Assembly: GCA_902595625.1 (NCBI GenBank)
Contig: CACJQQ010000005.1
Coordinates: 4,719 to 68,718, forward strand
From: an uncultured Pelagibacteraceae bacterium
GTDB lineage: Bacteria > Pseudomonadota > Alphaproteobacteria > Pelagibacterales > Pelagibacteraceae
Direction: 5' to 3'
DNA: 64,000 bases
In this document: positions 19,013 through 33,684 of the stretch, one piece after another
How the letters are laid out: every line of letters begins with the position of its first letter
Numbering within the stretch: the stretch's first letter is position 1
Translations under genes and position numbers: made by a program
Notes under the pieces: generated by a model
What the model was told of the DNA's origin: nothing
Databases searched by the model: none
Seen by the model: the letters and a program-made list of their open reading frames with translations, nothing else

Positions 19013-20221
19013 TTGTATTTGAAACCTTCTATTCAAAATATAAACTCAATAAAAAATCTTAATAAGATCGATTCCACTGCTATTTTAATTCTTCAAAACG
19101 GTAAATTTTTTAGAGGTCTAGGATTAGGTTATCAAGGCACCGCGACAGGTGAAGTATGCTTTAATACCTCTATTACTGGATACCAGGAGATAATATCGGA
19201 CCCATCTTACGCTGAACAAATTATAAATTTTACATTCCCACACGTCGGAAATGTAGGGACTAATCTAGAAGACCATGAGTCTGATAAAATCTGGACCAAG
19301 GGAGTTATTATAAATTCTGAGATAACAAGTCCTTCTAACTACAGGGCGCTTAAACACTTAGATGATTGGTTAAAGAAAAATAAAATTGTGGGAATTACTG
19401 GCATCGACACAAGAAATCTTACAAATTTTATAAGAGACAAAGGAGCCCCTAAAGGAACCATATCATTCTCAAAAAATAATAAACTAAATATTAAAAAACT
19501 TCTTAGACAAACACAAAAATGGAGTGGACTTAAAAACTTAGATTTAGCCCAAAAAGTTTCTACGAAAAAAAATTATACTTGGAAAGGTTTTAAAACATGG
19601 AAAAAAGGAGCTGGTTTTGTAAAAAATAATAAAAAAAACTTCCACGTTGTTGCAATAGATTATGGAGTTAAAAAAAACATTTTAAGATATTTTTCAGATT
19701 TTAATTGTAAAGTTACAGTAGTTTCATGCAAAACATTAGCTTCTGATATAATTAAATTAAAACCAAACGGAATATTTCTGTCTAATGGACCAGGTGATCC
19801 AGCTGCAACAGGTAAATATGCAATACCAATAATAAAAGAATTAATTAAAAACAATTTGCCTATATTCGGTATTTGTCTAGGTCATCAAATTCTTGCTTTA
19901 GCACTGGGCGCAAAAACAAAAAAAATGAGTCTTGGTCACAGAGGTGCAAATCATCCAGTCAAAAATTTAATTAATGGGAATGTAGAAATTACTAGCCAAA
20001 ACCATGGGTTTGAAGTTGTGAAAAGTAGTTTAAAAAAAAACATACAAATTACTCATCAATCTCTTTTTGATAACAGTATTGAGGGAATAAAATTGAAAAA
20101 TAAACCTATTTATTCTGTGCAATATCATCCTGAGTCTAACCCGGGCCCACAGGATAGTGTTTATTTATTTGAAGAATTTATAAATAGTATGAAAAAATAT
20201 GCCAAAAAGAAAAGACATTAA
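19013..20221 (+). CDS. carA: Carbamoyl-phosphate synthase small subunit
   Basis: [28 protein letters not shown] and QYHPE motifs. TTG start is uncertain. Confidence 0.97.
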   Translation: MYLKPSIQNINSIKNLNKIDSTAILILQNGKFFRGLGLGYQGTATGEVCFNTSITGYQEIISDPSYAEQIINFTFPHVGNVGTNLEDHESDKIWTKGVIINSEITSPSNYRALKHLDDWLKKNKIVGITGIDTRNLTNFIRDKGAPKGTISFSKNNKLNIKKLLRQTQKWSGLKNLDLAQKVSTKKNYTWKGFKTWKKGAGFVKNNKKNFHVVAIDYGVKKNILRYFSDFNCKVTVVSCKTLASDIIKLKPNGIFLSNGPGDPAATGKYAIPIIKELIKNNLPIFGICLGHQILALALGAKTKKMSLGHRGANHPVKNLINGNVEITSQNHGFEVVKSSLKKNIQITHQSLFDNSIEGIKLKNKPIYSVQYHPESNPGPQDSVYLFEEFINSMKKYAKKKRH

Positions 20222-23200
20222 AAAGATTTTAGTTGTTGGAGCTGGACCAATCATTATTGGTCAAGCCTGTGAATTTGATTACTCGGGAACTCAAGCGTGT
20301 AAAGCATTAAAAGATGAGGGATTTAAAGTAATTTTAGTAAACTCTAATCCAGCAACCATAATGACTGATCCAAATGTTGCAGATAAAACTTACATCGAAC
20401 CTATTACGATAGAAGTTCTAGAGAAAATTCTTATTAAAGAAAAACCCGATGCAATTTTACCGACCATGGGAGGCCAAACTGCATTAAATTTAGCAATGGA
20501 GGCTGAAAAAAAAGGAATTCTTAAAAAATATAAAATTGAACTAATAGGCGCCAATTCAAAAGCAATATCTAATGCTGAGGATAGGAAAAAGTTTAGAAAA
20601 AACATGATTGAGATTGGTTTAGATCTTCCTAAATCAAAAATTGTAAATAACTTTAATCAGTCTACCCAAGCATTAAAACAGATCGGATTACCTGCGATCA
20701 TTAGACCAGCGTTCACTCTTGGTGGATTAGGCGGTGGTATTGCTAAAAATAAAAAAGAGTTTTTTAAAATAATAAAGAATGGACTTCATGAATCGCCTGT
20801 AGGTCAAGTTTTAGTAGAGGAGTGTCTAGAAGGTTGGAAGGAATTTGAGATGGAAGTAGTAAGAGATAAAAATGATAATTGCATTATTATTTGTTCAATA
20901 GAAAATGTAGATCCTATGGGCATACATACTGGTGACTCCGTTACTATTGCACCTGCACTTACTTTAACTGACAAAGAGTACCAAGTAATGAGAAATGCTT
21001 CTATAGCTTGCTTAAGAAAAATTGGAGTAGAAACAGGTGGATCTAATGTTCAATTTGCGATCAATCCAAAAAATGGAAGGATGGTAATTATTGAGATGAA
21101 CCCAAGAGTTTCAAGGTCATCTGCTCTAGCTTCTAAAGCAACTGGTTTTCCAATAGCAAAAGTAGCTGCAAAGCTAGCGGTTGGATACACTTTAGATGAA
21201 TTAAAAAATGAAATTACAAAAGTAACTCCTGCCTCTTTTGAGCCTACAATTGATTATGTGGTCACAAAAATTCCAAGATTTACCTTTGAAAAATTTTCAT
21301 CTTCAACTCCAGTTTTGGGGACATCAATGAAGTCCGTTGGTGAAGCTATGGCGATAGGTAGAAACTTCAAAGAATCTTTGCAAAAAGCTTTGGTATCTTT
21401 GGAGACAGGCTTCTCGGGTTTAGATCAAATATATAATCATAGTAAAAAAAAAATAGAAAAGAAGCTAAAAGAAAATATTCCTAATAAAATCTTACTCGTT
21501 GCAGAAGCTATTAGAAAAAAAATTAATTTAAATAAAATACATAATCTTTCAAAAATAGACCCTTGGTTTTTAAGCCAAATTAAAGAGATCATAGATAGTG
21601 AAATCAAAATTAAAAAAAAAGGTCTTCCAAAAACTTTCAATGAGTTCAATTATATAAAATCAATAGGATTTTCTGATAAGAAATTATCAGAACTCACTAA
21701 CACCTCGGAATCATTAATTAGAAAAAAAAGAACTGCATTAAAAGTTTTACCGGTTTATAAAAAAGTAGATACTTGTGCTGCGGAATTTAAATCTTTTACT
21801 CCATACATGTATTCTACTTATCAAAGACATTTCTCATCTTATGTAGAATGTGAGTCTGACCCTTCTAGTAAAAATAAAATTATAATATTGGGCGGAGGTC
21901 CAAATAGAATTGGTCAAGGAATTGAGTTTGATTATTGCTGTTGCCAAGCTAGTTTTGCTCTAAAAGAGGCTAAGTATGAAACAATTATGGTCAATTGTAA
22001 TCCAGAAACTGTATCAACGGATTACGATACAAGTGATAGATTATATTTTGAACCTTTAATTGATGAATACGTTTTTAACATTATAAAAAAAGAGAAATCA
22101 AAAGGCAATGTGAAAGGAGTAATTGCTCAATTTGGAGGTCAAACACCTATAAAACTTGCAAAATTTTTACATGAAAACAAACTTCCGATTTTAGGTACAC
22201 AGTATACATCGATTGATCTTGCCGAAGATAGGGACAGATTTAGAAATCTTTTAAACAAGCTAAATTTAAATCAAGCTGAAAGTGGTATAGCAAAAACTTT
22301 TCCTCAAGCGATTAAGATAGCTGACAAAATAGGTTTGCCTTTAATGGTAAGACCTTCATACGTGCTAGGTGGAAGAGCAATGGAAATAGTTCATGAAAAA
22401 AGCCAGCTTAAGAACTTTGTAAAAGAAGCGTTTAAAGTAGCAGAAAAAAATCCAATCTTAATTGATAAGTTTATTGATAATGCGATGGAAGTTGATGTTG
22501 ATGCTATCTCAGATGGAAAGAATGTTTTCGTAGCTGGTATTATGCAACATATAGAAGAAGCTGGAATTCACTCAGGTGACTCTGCTTGTAGTCTGCCGCC
22601 AGTATCAATTAAATCTTTTTTAATAAAAGAAATTGAAAATCAAACAAAAAAATTAGCTCTAGCACTTAAGGTTAAAGGTTTCATGAATGTTCAATATGCA
22701 ATTAAAAATGATAAAATTTATGTGATCGAGGTAAATCCAAGAGCAAGTAGAACTGTTCCATTTGTTTCAAAAGCAAAAAATTTACCACTTGCTAAGATAG
22801 CCTCAAGAGTTATGGCTGGAGAAAAATTAACTAAGTTTAACTTAAAAAGTAGAACGAAAGATATGTTTGCGGTTAAAGAAGCGGTATTCCCATTTAACAA
22901 ATTTCCTAACAGCGATCTTTTACTTGGACCAGAAATGAAATCTACGGGCGAAGTGATGGGTTTTGATAAAAATTTTGGGATGGCATTTGCTAAAAGTCAA
23001 ATCGCAGCATCAAATTCCCTTCCTAAAAAAGGCTTAGCTTTTATATCCTTGAAAAATAGTCATAAAAAAGAGGGGGTACAATTAGCAAAACAATTAGTTC
23101 AATTAAATTTTAAGCTTTGCGGAACTGGAGGAACCGCTGATTATATAAACAAACACGGAATTAAATGTAAGAAGATAAATAAAGTTAATCAAGGGTCCCC

Positions 23201-23423
23201 GCATATTGTTGATGTTCTTAATGCAAAAAAAATAGCTTTGGTCATTAATACTGGAGGTGGAAATAGTGAAGCTCAGTTGAGTGATGCTGTAGCTTTGAGA
23301 AGAGCTACTTTAGCTAATAAAGTTCCATATTGTACAAATATGTCAACAGCTAAGGTTTGTTTAGAAGGTATTAAATCTCTAAAATTGAGAGATATTAGTG
23401 TTACCTCATTACAAGATATTTAA
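20199..23423 (+). CDS. carB: Carbamoyl-phosphate synthase large subunit
   Basis: [17 protein letters not shown], duplicated ATP-grasp domains and C-terminal MGS domain. Confidence 0.98.
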   Translation: MPKRKDIKKILVVGAGPIIIGQACEFDYSGTQACKALKDEGFKVILVNSNPATIMTDPNVADKTYIEPITIEVLEKILIKEKPDAILPTMGGQTALNLAMEAEKKGILKKYKIELIGANSKAISNAEDRKKFRKNMIEIGLDLPKSKIVNNFNQSTQALKQIGLPAIIRPAFTLGGLGGGIAKNKKEFFKIIKNGLHESPVGQVLVEECLEGWKEFEMEVVRDKNDNCIIICSIENVDPMGIHTGDSVTIAPALTLTDKEYQVMRNASIACLRKIGVETGGSNVQFAINPKNGRMVIIEMNPRVSRSSALASKATGFPIAKVAAKLAVGYTLDELKNEITKVTPASFEPTIDYVVTKIPRFTFEKFSSSTPVLGTSMKSVGEAMAIGRNFKESLQKALVSLETGFSGLDQIYNHSKKKIEKKLKENIPNKILLVAEAIRKKINLNKIHNLSKIDPWFLSQIKEIIDSEIKIKKKGLPKTFNEFNYIKSIGFSDKKLSELTNTSESLIRKKRTALKVLPVYKKVDTCAAEFKSFTPYMYSTYQRHFSSYVECESDPSSKNKIIILGGGPNRIGQGIEFDYCCCQASFALKEAKYETIMVNCNPETVSTDYDTSDRLYFEPLIDEYVFNIIKKEKSKGNVKGVIAQFGGQTPIKLAKFLHENKLPILGTQYTSIDLAEDRDRFRNLLNKLNLNQAESGIAKTFPQAIKIADKIGLPLMVRPSYVLGGRAMEIVHEKSQLKNFVKEAFKVAEKNPILIDKFIDNAMEVDVDAISDGKNVFVAGIMQHIEEAGIHSGDSACSLPPVSIKSFLIKEIENQTKKLALALKVKGFMNVQYAIKNDKIYVIEVNPRASRTVPFVSKAKNLPLAKIASRVMAGEKLTKFNLKSRTKDMFAVKEAVFPFNKFPNSDLLLGPEMKSTGEVMGFDKNFGMAFAKSQIAASNSLPKKGLAFISLKNSHKKEGVQLAKQLVQLNFKLCGTGGTADYINKHGIKCKKINKVNQGSPHIVDVLNAKKIALVINTGGGNSEAQLSDAVALRRATLANKVPYCTNMSTAKVCLEGIKSLKLRDISVTSLQDI

Positions 23424-24085
23424 CTTTTTACTTTCCAATCAGTCTGAAAAGTTACATAGTTTATCTGAATACATCTTCTTTCTTTCTTAATCTCTTTTTT
23501 TTCCATCCCATGCCAAGTATTTGGTCCGCTAGTAAAGAAGTATCCGTAGTTATGTTTGTAAGGAACAGTTTTGACTTTGTTTAGTTTTTCATCATAGAAA
23601 TCTGTGCCTAAATTTTCCGACTCGTTATGTAAATTCACAAAAACAATCGAAGACATTAATTTTTCTTTGATATCGCAATGAGGTTTTAGCCAAAAACCTT
23701 CTCGATCGCTAATTACCTCTAGTCTTACATAAGAATTACTTAGATCTTTTCCGATTAATGAACCTATCTTTTTATAAACTTGAGGCGATTTTAATTCTTC
23801 AATAAATTTTGTTAAATAAGGAAATTTACTCGAGTTTTCTTTAGTAACATAACATCTAAATTTTTTTGCTTTTCCTCCATCTTTAATTCCGGCTCTAAAA
23901 GCCCCCTCTCCTCCATCAAGAGCTCTTGTTCCATCATATTTTAAGTTTTGTTTCCTTGGATCAACTATTTCAGCATTGCTAATTTCATCAATTGCACTTT
24001 GTGTCAACGGCTCATTGATTTCAAAATGTTTAAAAGGATGGTCAAATAATTTTGTTTTTTTTTCTAAAGATTTAAATAATTCCAT
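23420..24085 (-). CDS. 2OG-Fe(II) oxygenase family protein, substrate unknown
   Basis: HxD (PHCD), distal His (TWHG) and Arg (RRCIQ) in the DSBH arrangement; HPFKHF at the N-terminus. Confidence 0.75.
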   Translation of the reverse strand: MELFKSLEKKTKLFDHPFKHFEINEPLTQSAIDEISNAEIVDPRKQNLKYDGTRALDGGEGAFRAGIKDGGKAKKFRCYVTKENSSKFPYLTKFIEELKSPQVYKKIGSLIGKDLSNSYVRLEVISDREGFWLKPHCDIKEKLMSSIVFVNLHNESENLGTDFYDEKLNKVKTVPYKHNYGYFFTSGPNTWHGMEKKEIKKERRCIQINYVTFQTDWKVKS

Positions 24086-25025
24086 GTTTTTTCATTTTTG
24101 CTTTTACAATAGGAGCTATTCTAGCAACTTCGTTTAATTTATTGTAACTCCAACTTTCAACACTATTTCCTAATTCCCTTGTTATACCTAAATCTCTTAA
24201 TTGTGAATAAAATTTTTTAAACCTTCCTGTAGGCTTAAATGACCTCATCATTGCTATATAAACTGGTTTACCTGTGATCGCTGCTTCCGAAATCATCGAC
24301 GTAGAGTCGCACGTAACAACAATGTAATTAGAAATTGCTAGTGCAGAAAGATAAGCTTTTTTATCAATAGTTTTTACTACAAGATGATCAACATTAAATG
24401 TATTAAAGGCAATTTTTAAAATATTTTCAGGAGTTCGGTAAGAAGGAATGACAATAATCTTGAATTTATCTGGAGTGAATAAAGTTTTTACTTTGTTAAA
24501 AAGTTCATGAATTTGTTTTTCAGAGTACTTGTAATATTTATTTGGTCCACCAATAATAAAAGCGACTAATTCTCTTCTCTTATCTTTTTCAATCTCTAAA
24601 TATTGAGAATTATCCATAATTTCTTTTTTTGTTAAATAATGAATTGCTCCGGTAGTATTAATAATATTTTCGCCTTTTAAATTATCATGCTCTGGACTTA
24701 CAATAAGATCGAAATGTTTAAATGATATTTTTGGATCCTGTATGTGAATGTTGAATATTTGATTTCCTAGTCTTTTCTTTAATGCTATTGATGGTATTAC
24801 ACTTTTTCTTCCACATGATATAATTACTTTACAATCGCATACGAATTTATTTTTTACCAAATTTTCTGAGATAGGGCTTATTTTTGGAGGAATCACATTC
24901 CAAAAAGATTTTAACTCAATTTTTTGGTGTTTATAACTTAAGCCTAAAGCTTTGGCTAATCCCTCTACCTGGCTAACCATGCCGTGCATACCTTGCGTTA
25001 AAAGAAGTGCTTTTAATTCCAACAT
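24072..25025 (-). CDS. ELM1/DUF1022-family protein (putative GT-B glycosyltransferase-like)
   Basis: SQVEGLA, IHIQDP, FDLIVSPEHD, IGGPN, SYRTP and VTCDSTSMISEA..TGKPVY motifs. Confidence 0.8.
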   Translation of the reverse strand: MLELKALLLTQGMHGMVSQVEGLAKALGLSYKHQKIELKSFWNVIPPKISPISENLVKNKFVCDCKVIISCGRKSVIPSIALKKRLGNQIFNIHIQDPKISFKHFDLIVSPEHDNLKGENIINTTGAIHYLTKKEIMDNSQYLEIEKDKRRELVAFIIGGPNKYYKYSEKQIHELFNKVKTLFTPDKFKIIVIPSYRTPENILKIAFNTFNVDHLVVKTIDKKAYLSALAISNYIVVTCDSTSMISEAAITGKPVYIAMMRSFKPTGRFKKFYSQLRDLGITRELGNSVESWSYNKLNEVARIAPIVKAKMKKHGII

Positions 25026-25048
25026 TAGTTACTATATACCCTTACACA

Positions 25049-27185
<2,137 letters not shown>

Positions 27186-27217
27186 TTATAATAATTTATA
27201 AATACTATTAACATATA

Positions 27218-29389
27218 ATGCAAAATACTTATCAAGAAAAATTTGCTGACCTGGAGGTTAATAACTCTAAAAAAATTAAGAAGTTAGAGGGAGGTATTAA
27301 TTTTAAAATCAAAAGCGATTTTCAACCTAGTGGCGACCAGCCTGAAGCAATTAAACAAATTTTAAAAAATTTAAAAGACAATAAACAAGAGCAAGTGCTT
27401 TTAGGGGTCACAGGTTCTGGCAAGACTTTTACTATGGCAAAAGTTATTGAAAAAGCAAATAGGCCAGCCTTAATTCTAGCCCCAAATAAAACTTTGGCCG
27501 CTCAATTATACGGTGAGTTTAAAAGTTTTTTCCCAGACAACGCTGTTGAATATTTTGTCTCATATTATGATTACTACACTCCAGAAGCGTACGTACCCAG
27601 ATCAGATACTTATATAGAAAAAGAGGCTTCAATAAATGAACAAATAGATCGTATGAGACACTCAGCGACAAGATCGTTGCTGGAAAGAGATGATGTAATT
27701 ATTGTAGCAAGCGTATCATGTATTTATGGTCTAGGCTCTGTAGAGGCGTACTCAAAAATGACAATAACTTTAAAAAGAAATTACGAATATGAACGAGATG
27801 ATTTAATCAGAGCTTTTATAAACTTACAGTACAAAAGAAATGATCAAAATTTTTTTAGAGGCACTTTTAGAGTAAGAGGAGAGAATTTAGAAATTTTTCC
27901 ATCGCACTTGGAGGATAGAGCTTGGAGAATAAGTTTTAATTTAAATAAATTAGAAAAAATTGAGGAATTTGATCCTCTTACTGGTGATAAAACAAATGAT
28001 TACTCCATTATAAAAATTTATGCTAATAGCCATTACATAACTCCTAAACCAACTATCGATCAGGCTATAAAACAAATAAAATCTGAATTAGCTGATACTT
28101 TAAAAAAACACAGAGAGAATAATAAACTTTTAGAAGAGCAGCGACTGAGGGAAAGAACTAAATTTGATTTAGAAATGATTGAAGCGACTGGAACTTGTGC
28201 AGGCATCGAAAATTATTCTAGGTTTCTGTCTGGAAGAAAAGCTGGAGAACCTCCACCTACTCTATTTGAATATTTTCCAGATAACGCAATAATATTCGTA
28301 GATGAAAGTCACGTAACTGTCCCTCAGTTAAATGGGATGTATAAAGGAGACCGTACAAGAAAGAGCACATTAGCTGAGTATGGATTTAGACTACCATCCT
28401 GTATGGATAATAGACCTTTAAAGTTTGAAGAGTGGGATTTAATGAGAACACAAACTGTATTTGTATCTGCTACACCAGGGCCATGGGAACTCAAACAAAC
28501 CAGCAATAAACACATTGACCAAATTATTAGACCAACAGGCTTAATAGACCCGCCTGTAGAAATAAGGCCAGCTAAAACTCAGGTAGATGATCTTATGCAT
28601 GAAGCAAAAGAAATTGTAAAAAAGGGTTATAGAGTTCTTGCCACAACGCTTACTAAAAAGATGGCAGAAGATCTTACTGAATACCTTCACGAAAATGGCC
28701 TTAAAGTAAGATACATGCACTCCGATATAGACACTTTAGAAAGAATTGAAATAATTAGAGATTTAAGAATGGGAGTATTCGATATTCTTGTTGGCATAAA
28801 CTTATTAAGAGAGGGACTAGATATACCCGAGTGCGCTTTAGTAGCAATATTAGATGCAGATAAAGAGGGTTTTTTAAGATCTGAAACTTCCTTAATTCAA
28901 ACTATTGGAAGAGCTGCTCGTAACATAGACGGTAAAGTAATTTTGTATGCAGATAAGGTCACGAAAAGTATAGATAAAGCAATAAAGGAAACTGAAAGAA
29001 GAAGAAATAAGCAATTAGAGTATAATAAAAAAAACGGAATAACTGCAGAGTCAGTAAAAAAAGAAATAAGTGACATTTTAGAGTCTGTTTACGAAAAAGA
29101 TTACGTAAAAATAAGTGAGGGCTCAAATGTTGGTGGAAACTTAAAAAAACATCTAAAAGCATTAAATAGAAAGATGAAAGAAGCTGCATCTAACTTGGAG
29201 TTTGAGGAAGCAGCAAAATTAAGGGATGAAATGAGAAAGTTAGAAGCAAGTGAACTTGAAATTACTTTAAATCCAAAAATTTCTCAATATAATTTAAAAA
29301 GCAAAGTTTACCCAAAAGGAAGATCTACGATGGGTATGCCAGGAACTAAACCAAAAAAAGCAATTAAAAAATGGAAGCCAAAAAAATAA
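27218..29389 (+). CDS. uvrB: Excinuclease ABC subunit B
   Basis: [30 protein letters not shown] and a UVR domain. Confidence 0.98.
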   Translation: MQNTYQEKFADLEVNNSKKIKKLEGGINFKIKSDFQPSGDQPEAIKQILKNLKDNKQEQVLLGVTGSGKTFTMAKVIEKANRPALILAPNKTLAAQLYGEFKSFFPDNAVEYFVSYYDYYTPEAYVPRSDTYIEKEASINEQIDRMRHSATRSLLERDDVIIVASVSCIYGLGSVEAYSKMTITLKRNYEYERDDLIRAFINLQYKRNDQNFFRGTFRVRGENLEIFPSHLEDRAWRISFNLNKLEKIEEFDPLTGDKTNDYSIIKIYANSHYITPKPTIDQAIKQIKSELADTLKKHRENNKLLEEQRLRERTKFDLEMIEATGTCAGIENYSRFLSGRKAGEPPPTLFEYFPDNAIIFVDESHVTVPQLNGMYKGDRTRKSTLAEYGFRLPSCMDNRPLKFEEWDLMRTQTVFVSATPGPWELKQTSNKHIDQIIRPTGLIDPPVEIRPAKTQVDDLMHEAKEIVKKGYRVLATTLTKKMAEDLTEYLHENGLKVRYMHSDIDTLERIEIIRDLRMGVFDILVGINLLREGLDIPECALVAILDADKEGFLRSETSLIQTIGRAARNIDGKVILYADKVTKSIDKAIKETERRRNKQLEYNKKNGITAESVKKEISDILESVYEKDYVKISEGSNVGGNLKKHLKALNRKMKEAASNLEFEEAAKLRDEMRKLEASELEITLNPKISQYNLKSKVYPKGRSTMGMPGTKPKKAIKKWKPKK

Positions 29390-30126
29390 TTATTACTGGG
29401 GGGGCAACAAGGATAGGTGCTGCTATTGCAAAAAGCTTGGTAAATTATGATGTGAAAATGGTTATTCATTTCAATAAGTCTAAAAGTAGTGCTTTAAAAT
29501 TAAAAAGAGAACTAGAGGAGCTTGGCGCTGAAACTTATTTATTAAAAGCAGATTTAAATAATTTTAAGCAAACCAACAATTTAATTAAAACTGCACATAA
29601 AAAGATGAAAGGCTTAGATTGTCTGATTAATAATGCTTCTATTTTTGAAAATGATAATCTTGAGAATTTTTCTGAAAAATCATTCTCAAAACATATTAAC
29701 GTAAACTTAAAAGCACCTGCCATACTGACTCAAAACTTTCATAAATTTTTGAAAAATAAAGAAGGATGTATTGTAAATATTATTGACCAAAGAGTTGAAA
29801 AATTAACCCCATTTTTTTTCTCATATACTTTAAGTAAATCTTCTTTAGCGGTTTTAACAAAAACTACAGCTATGAAATTGGCGCCTAATGTGAGGGTAAA
29901 TGGCATCTCACCCGGCCCTACTTTAAAAAACAATAGGCAATCTGAGAAACATTTTAAAAAACAATGGAAATCTATAATATTAAGAAAGAAAGTAGATTTA
30001 GAAAATATCTGTAATGGAGTAAAATTTCTTATTGAAAGTGAGAGTATTACTGGAGAAATAATTAATATTGATGGTGGACAAAGGCTTGCATGGCAGACAC
30101 CCGATATAATTAATACAAAAGAATGA
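29371..30126 (+). CDS. Short-chain dehydrogenase, pteridine reductase (FolM/PTR1)-like
   Basis: [19 protein letters not shown] and YxxxK (YTLSK) motifs; adjacent to folB. Confidence 0.75.
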   Translation: MEAKKIIITGGATRIGAAIAKSLVNYDVKMVIHFNKSKSSALKLKRELEELGAETYLLKADLNNFKQTNNLIKTAHKKMKGLDCLINNASIFENDNLENFSEKSFSKHINVNLKAPAILTQNFHKFLKNKEGCIVNIIDQRVEKLTPFFFSYTLSKSSLAVLTKTTAMKLAPNVRVNGISPGPTLKNNRQSEKHFKKQWKSIILRKKVDLENICNGVKFLIESESITGEIINIDGGQRLAWQTPDIINTKE

Positions 30127-30518
30127 AAATAATTAAATTTAAAAAAAAAGAAAAATTTAAGTACAGAAGGAAAGTGATCATCAAAGACCTTACTTTAAGT
30201 ATTTTTGTTGGAATACATAAATTTGAAAAAAAAAAGAAGCAAAGAGTAAAATTTAATATCGAAATTTTGACAGACCCTTATGTGTCCCCAGATAGAAAAG
30301 ATTTAAATTCAATTTTAAATTATGAAGATGTTGTAATGAAAATCGAAAAACTCACAGATTTTAAACACCATGATTTACTTGAAAATTTGGCGGAAAATAT
30401 TTTTAATATGATATTCAAAAACAAACTTGTTAAAAAAATAAATTTAAGATTAGAAAAATTAGATATCCTTAAAAAAACTAAATCAGTTGGTATTGAGGTA
30501 TCAAAGACTAAAATATGA
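30123..30518 (+). CDS. folB: Dihydroneopterin aldolase
   Basis: VGIHKFE...QRV, LNYE and LLENLAE motifs; catalytic K in LEKL. Confidence 0.85.
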   Translation: MKIIKFKKKEKFKYRRKVIIKDLTLSIFVGIHKFEKKKKQRVKFNIEILTDPYVSPDRKDLNSILNYEDVVMKIEKLTDFKHHDLLENLAENIFNMIFKNKLVKKINLRLEKLDILKKTKSVGIEVSKTKI

Positions 30519-32353
30519 TTAACAGCTTAGAGCTTGGAAAAAAAGTAATTAAAGACAAAATACCATTAATTCCTAAAAATCCTGGGGTGTATAAAATGCT
30601 AAGCTCCACAGGAGAAATTCTTTATATTGGTAAGGCAAAAAATATCCCTAACAGGCTTAAAAGTTACGTTACAGACTCAAATCTGCCAATAAGAACTGAA
30701 AGAATGTTATCTCTAACTCATAACTTAGAAACAACAACTACAAGTAATGAAAGTGAGGCTTTATTACTTGAAGCTAATTTAATTAAAAAACATAAACCTC
30801 GCTATAATATTTTATTAAGGGACGATAAATCTTTTCCATATATATATATTGGCAATAAAGATAAATGGCCTCAACTAACAAAGTTAAGAGGAAAAAAATC
30901 AAAAACAGGATATTATTTTGGTCCATTTGCATCAATAGGCTCAGCTAACTGGACAATCAAAATTCTTCAAAAGATTTTTCAATTAAGAGTTTGTGATGAT
31001 ACAGTTTTCAAAAACAGAGACCGTCCATGTATACTTTATCAAATAAAAAGATGTTCTGGTCCTTGTGTTGGACATATCCAAGAAGAGGATTACTTATCTA
31101 CCGTTAATGATGCAATAGATTTTATTTCAGGTAAATCAAGAAAGATTCAAAAAAACTTATCTAAAGAGATGGAAGAAGCCAGTAAAGATCTTGATTATGA
31201 AAAAGCAGCTATTGCAAGAGATAGAATTAAAGCTTTAACTCAAATACAGACTTCGCAGAAGATAAACCAAACAAACTTAAATGAAGCAGATGTAATAAGT
31301 ATCTATAAAGAAACTGGAAAAACTTGCATTCAAGTTTTCTTTTTTAGGTCTAAACAAAACTGGGGCAATCAGGCGTTTTACCCGAAACATGATGCAGATG
31401 ATACGATTGAAGAAATTCTATCGTCTTTTTTACCTCAGTTTTATGAAAATAAAGCTATTCCTGCGCTTATCCTTACAAATATAGAGACAAAAGAAAAAAA
31501 ACTTCTTGAAAAAACATTTACTACAAAAGAAAACAAACAGGTAACAATTAAAAAGGCAAAAGCAAAAAATGAGGTATCTATTTCGAAACTTGCTGAAAAA
31601 AATGCAAAACAAGCTTTAAAACAAAAACTCATTCAATCAGACACAAATAATAATCTAATTGAGTCTCTTGCCGCTAAATTTAAGCTCAATAGCAATATAG
31701 ATCTCATCGAAGTTTACGATAATAGTCATATTCAAGGAACAGACTCTATTGGAGCTCTAATATGTTTTAGTAACGAGGGTTTTGTAAAAAAAAGATATAG
31801 AAAATTTAATATTAAGAATGAGAAGATAAAAAATGATGATTATGGAATGATGAAAGAAGTTTTATTTAGAAGATTTTCAAAAGCTGTAAAAGAAAAATCA
31901 GGATCATTATCACTTCCAGATCTAATTTTGGTTGATGGAGGTAAGGGTCAATATTCGGTCAGTAGAGAGATTTTGAATGAACTTGGCTTACATGATCTTC
32001 CAATTTTAGCCGTAGCGAAAGGCAAAAAAAGAAATGCAGGAGAAGAAAAAATATATTACGAAAGAAAAGAGTTTATTTTAAACAAAAATGACCCTCTCCT
32101 ATTTTTTATTCAAAGACTAAGAGATGAGGCACATAGATTTGCTATAAGCACTCATAGAGCTAAAAGAAAGAAAAATTTGAGCAAATCTCTTTTGGATCAG
32201 ATTCAAGGAATAGGAAAACAGAGAAAGAGAGCTTTATTAAACCATTTTGGTTCAGCAAGGGCGGTTGAGTCAGCGAGCCTAGAAGATCTCAAAGCTATTG
32301 AAGGAATAGAAGACAGTATAGCGAATAAAATATATAATTATTTTCACGAATAA
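30515..32353 (+). CDS. uvrC: Excinuclease ABC subunit C
   Basis: [30 protein letters not shown] and a C-terminal HhH. Confidence 0.98.
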   Translation: MINSLELGKKVIKDKIPLIPKNPGVYKMLSSTGEILYIGKAKNIPNRLKSYVTDSNLPIRTERMLSLTHNLETTTTSNESEALLLEANLIKKHKPRYNILLRDDKSFPYIYIGNKDKWPQLTKLRGKKSKTGYYFGPFASIGSANWTIKILQKIFQLRVCDDTVFKNRDRPCILYQIKRCSGPCVGHIQEEDYLSTVNDAIDFISGKSRKIQKNLSKEMEEASKDLDYEKAAIARDRIKALTQIQTSQKINQTNLNEADVISIYKETGKTCIQVFFFRSKQNWGNQAFYPKHDADDTIEEILSSFLPQFYENKAIPALILTNIETKEKKLLEKTFTTKENKQVTIKKAKAKNEVSISKLAEKNAKQALKQKLIQSDTNNNLIESLAAKFKLNSNIDLIEVYDNSHIQGTDSIGALICFSNEGFVKKRYRKFNIKNEKIKNDDYGMMKEVLFRRFSKAVKEKSGSLSLPDLILVDGGKGQYSVSREILNELGLHDLPILAVAKGKKRNAGEEKIYYERKEFILNKNDPLLFFIQRLRDEAHRFAISTHRAKRKKNLSKSLLDQIQGIGKQRKRALLNHFGSARAVESASLEDLKAIEGIEDSIANKIYNYFHE

Positions 32354-32356
32354 AAT

Positions 32357-32944
32357 ATGAAACTTAAAATACCAAATATTTTAACAATTGGACGTATAAT
32401 CATCGTTCCAATCTTTGTTCTTACCTTTTTTATTCCAGGTTTTTTTGGTGATTTAATCCCTTTTTTTTTATTCGCTTTAGCAAGTTTCACTGACTATCTT
32501 GATGGCCTTTTGGCCAGAATGTTTAAAGAAGAGTCAAAATTGGGTGAACTTTTAGACCCAATTGCTGATAAAATTCTTGTAGCTGCTGCTTTAATTTTAT
32601 TAGTAATGAATGGAACAATAAAAAATTATGAGGTAATAGCAGCAATAATCATTCTTACTAGAGAAATTTTAATATCAGGCTTAAGAGAATTTTTAGCTAA
32701 AGGTCAAATTACCATGCAGGTAACAAGTCTTTCTAAACTAAAAACATTTATTCAAATGATTTCAATTGCTATTTTGTTAACTGGAGAAAGTGGAAATAAA
32801 TTAATTAATTTTCAAGATTATAATGCTCAAACTATCGGTATAATTCTTTTATGGTTATCAGCATTTTTAACTCTTTATACTGGTTACGACTATTTAATGA
32901 AAGGAATTGATCACGCGATAGATCAAGACAAGAACGGATCGTAA
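32357..32944 (+). CDS. pgsA: CDP-diacylglycerol--glycerol-3-phosphate 3-phosphatidyltransferase
   Basis: IPNILT and DYLDGLLAR...G..LDPIADK motifs; follows uvrC. Confidence 0.95.
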   Translation: MKLKIPNILTIGRIIIVPIFVLTFFIPGFFGDLIPFFLFALASFTDYLDGLLARMFKEESKLGELLDPIADKILVAAALILLVMNGTIKNYEVIAAIIILTREILISGLREFLAKGQITMQVTSLSKLKTFIQMISIAILLTGESGNKLINFQDYNAQTIGIILLWLSAFLTLYTGYDYLMKGIDHAIDQDKNGS

Positions 32945-33684
32945 TGTCTCTATCGGAGCAAAACATAAGAGAGAAAGAATTTCATAACAAGTTGCAATCA
33001 AGCTCCAAAGGAAGGTTTGAAAATATTTTCTATAAGGCAATATTAAATGCATGGGAGGACTTTTATGATTTTCTAAATTTAAATGCAAAAAACTCAGAAA
33101 TATTAGATTATGGATGTGGGGTAGGTCCAATTATAGAAAAGGTGATAAAATTTAATCCAAAAAAAATAACTGGTATAGATATTTCAGACGTATCCATATC
33201 TAAAGCAAAAGAAAAATTTGTTAACATAAGTTCAAAGGTAGAACTATTGGTTGATAATTGCGAATATACGAACTTTGATAATAATAAATTTGATATCGTT
33301 TATGGTTTAGGCATTCTGCATCACTTACAAATTTCTAAATGTATTAATGAAATTTCAAGAATATTGAAACCTAACGGCACATTATTGTTTATTGAACCAT
33401 TGGGTACTAACCCCTTAATAAATTTTTATAGATTTCTTACACCCCGGTCTAGGTCTAAAGACGAACATCCTTTAAAACCCAGGGACTTTAATATGATTAA
33501 AGAAAAATTTAAGAATGTAAGCATAAAATACTACGGTTTTTTAACATTAATTTTTTTTCCTTTATATAAATCTAATAATTCAAAAACTTTTAAAATACTT
33601 GTTAAGTTGGATCAGTTACTTTTTAAAATTAAAATTTTTCAATATTTTGCTTGGTCGGTACTTATCACTGCTAAGAAAAATTAA
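32944..33684 (+). CDS. Class I SAM-dependent methyltransferase, substrate unknown
   Basis: ILDYGCGVG, GIDIS, FDIVY, ILHHL and RILKPNG motifs. Confidence 0.85.
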   Translation: MSLSEQNIREKEFHNKLQSSSKGRFENIFYKAILNAWEDFYDFLNLNAKNSEILDYGCGVGPIIEKVIKFNPKKITGIDISDVSISKAKEKFVNISSKVELLVDNCEYTNFDNNKFDIVYGLGILHHLQISKCINEISRILKPNGTLLFIEPLGTNPLINFYRFLTPRSRSKDEHPLKPRDFNMIKEKFKNVSIKYYGFLTLIFFPLYKSNNSKTFKILVKLDQLLFKIKIFQYFAWSVLITAKKN

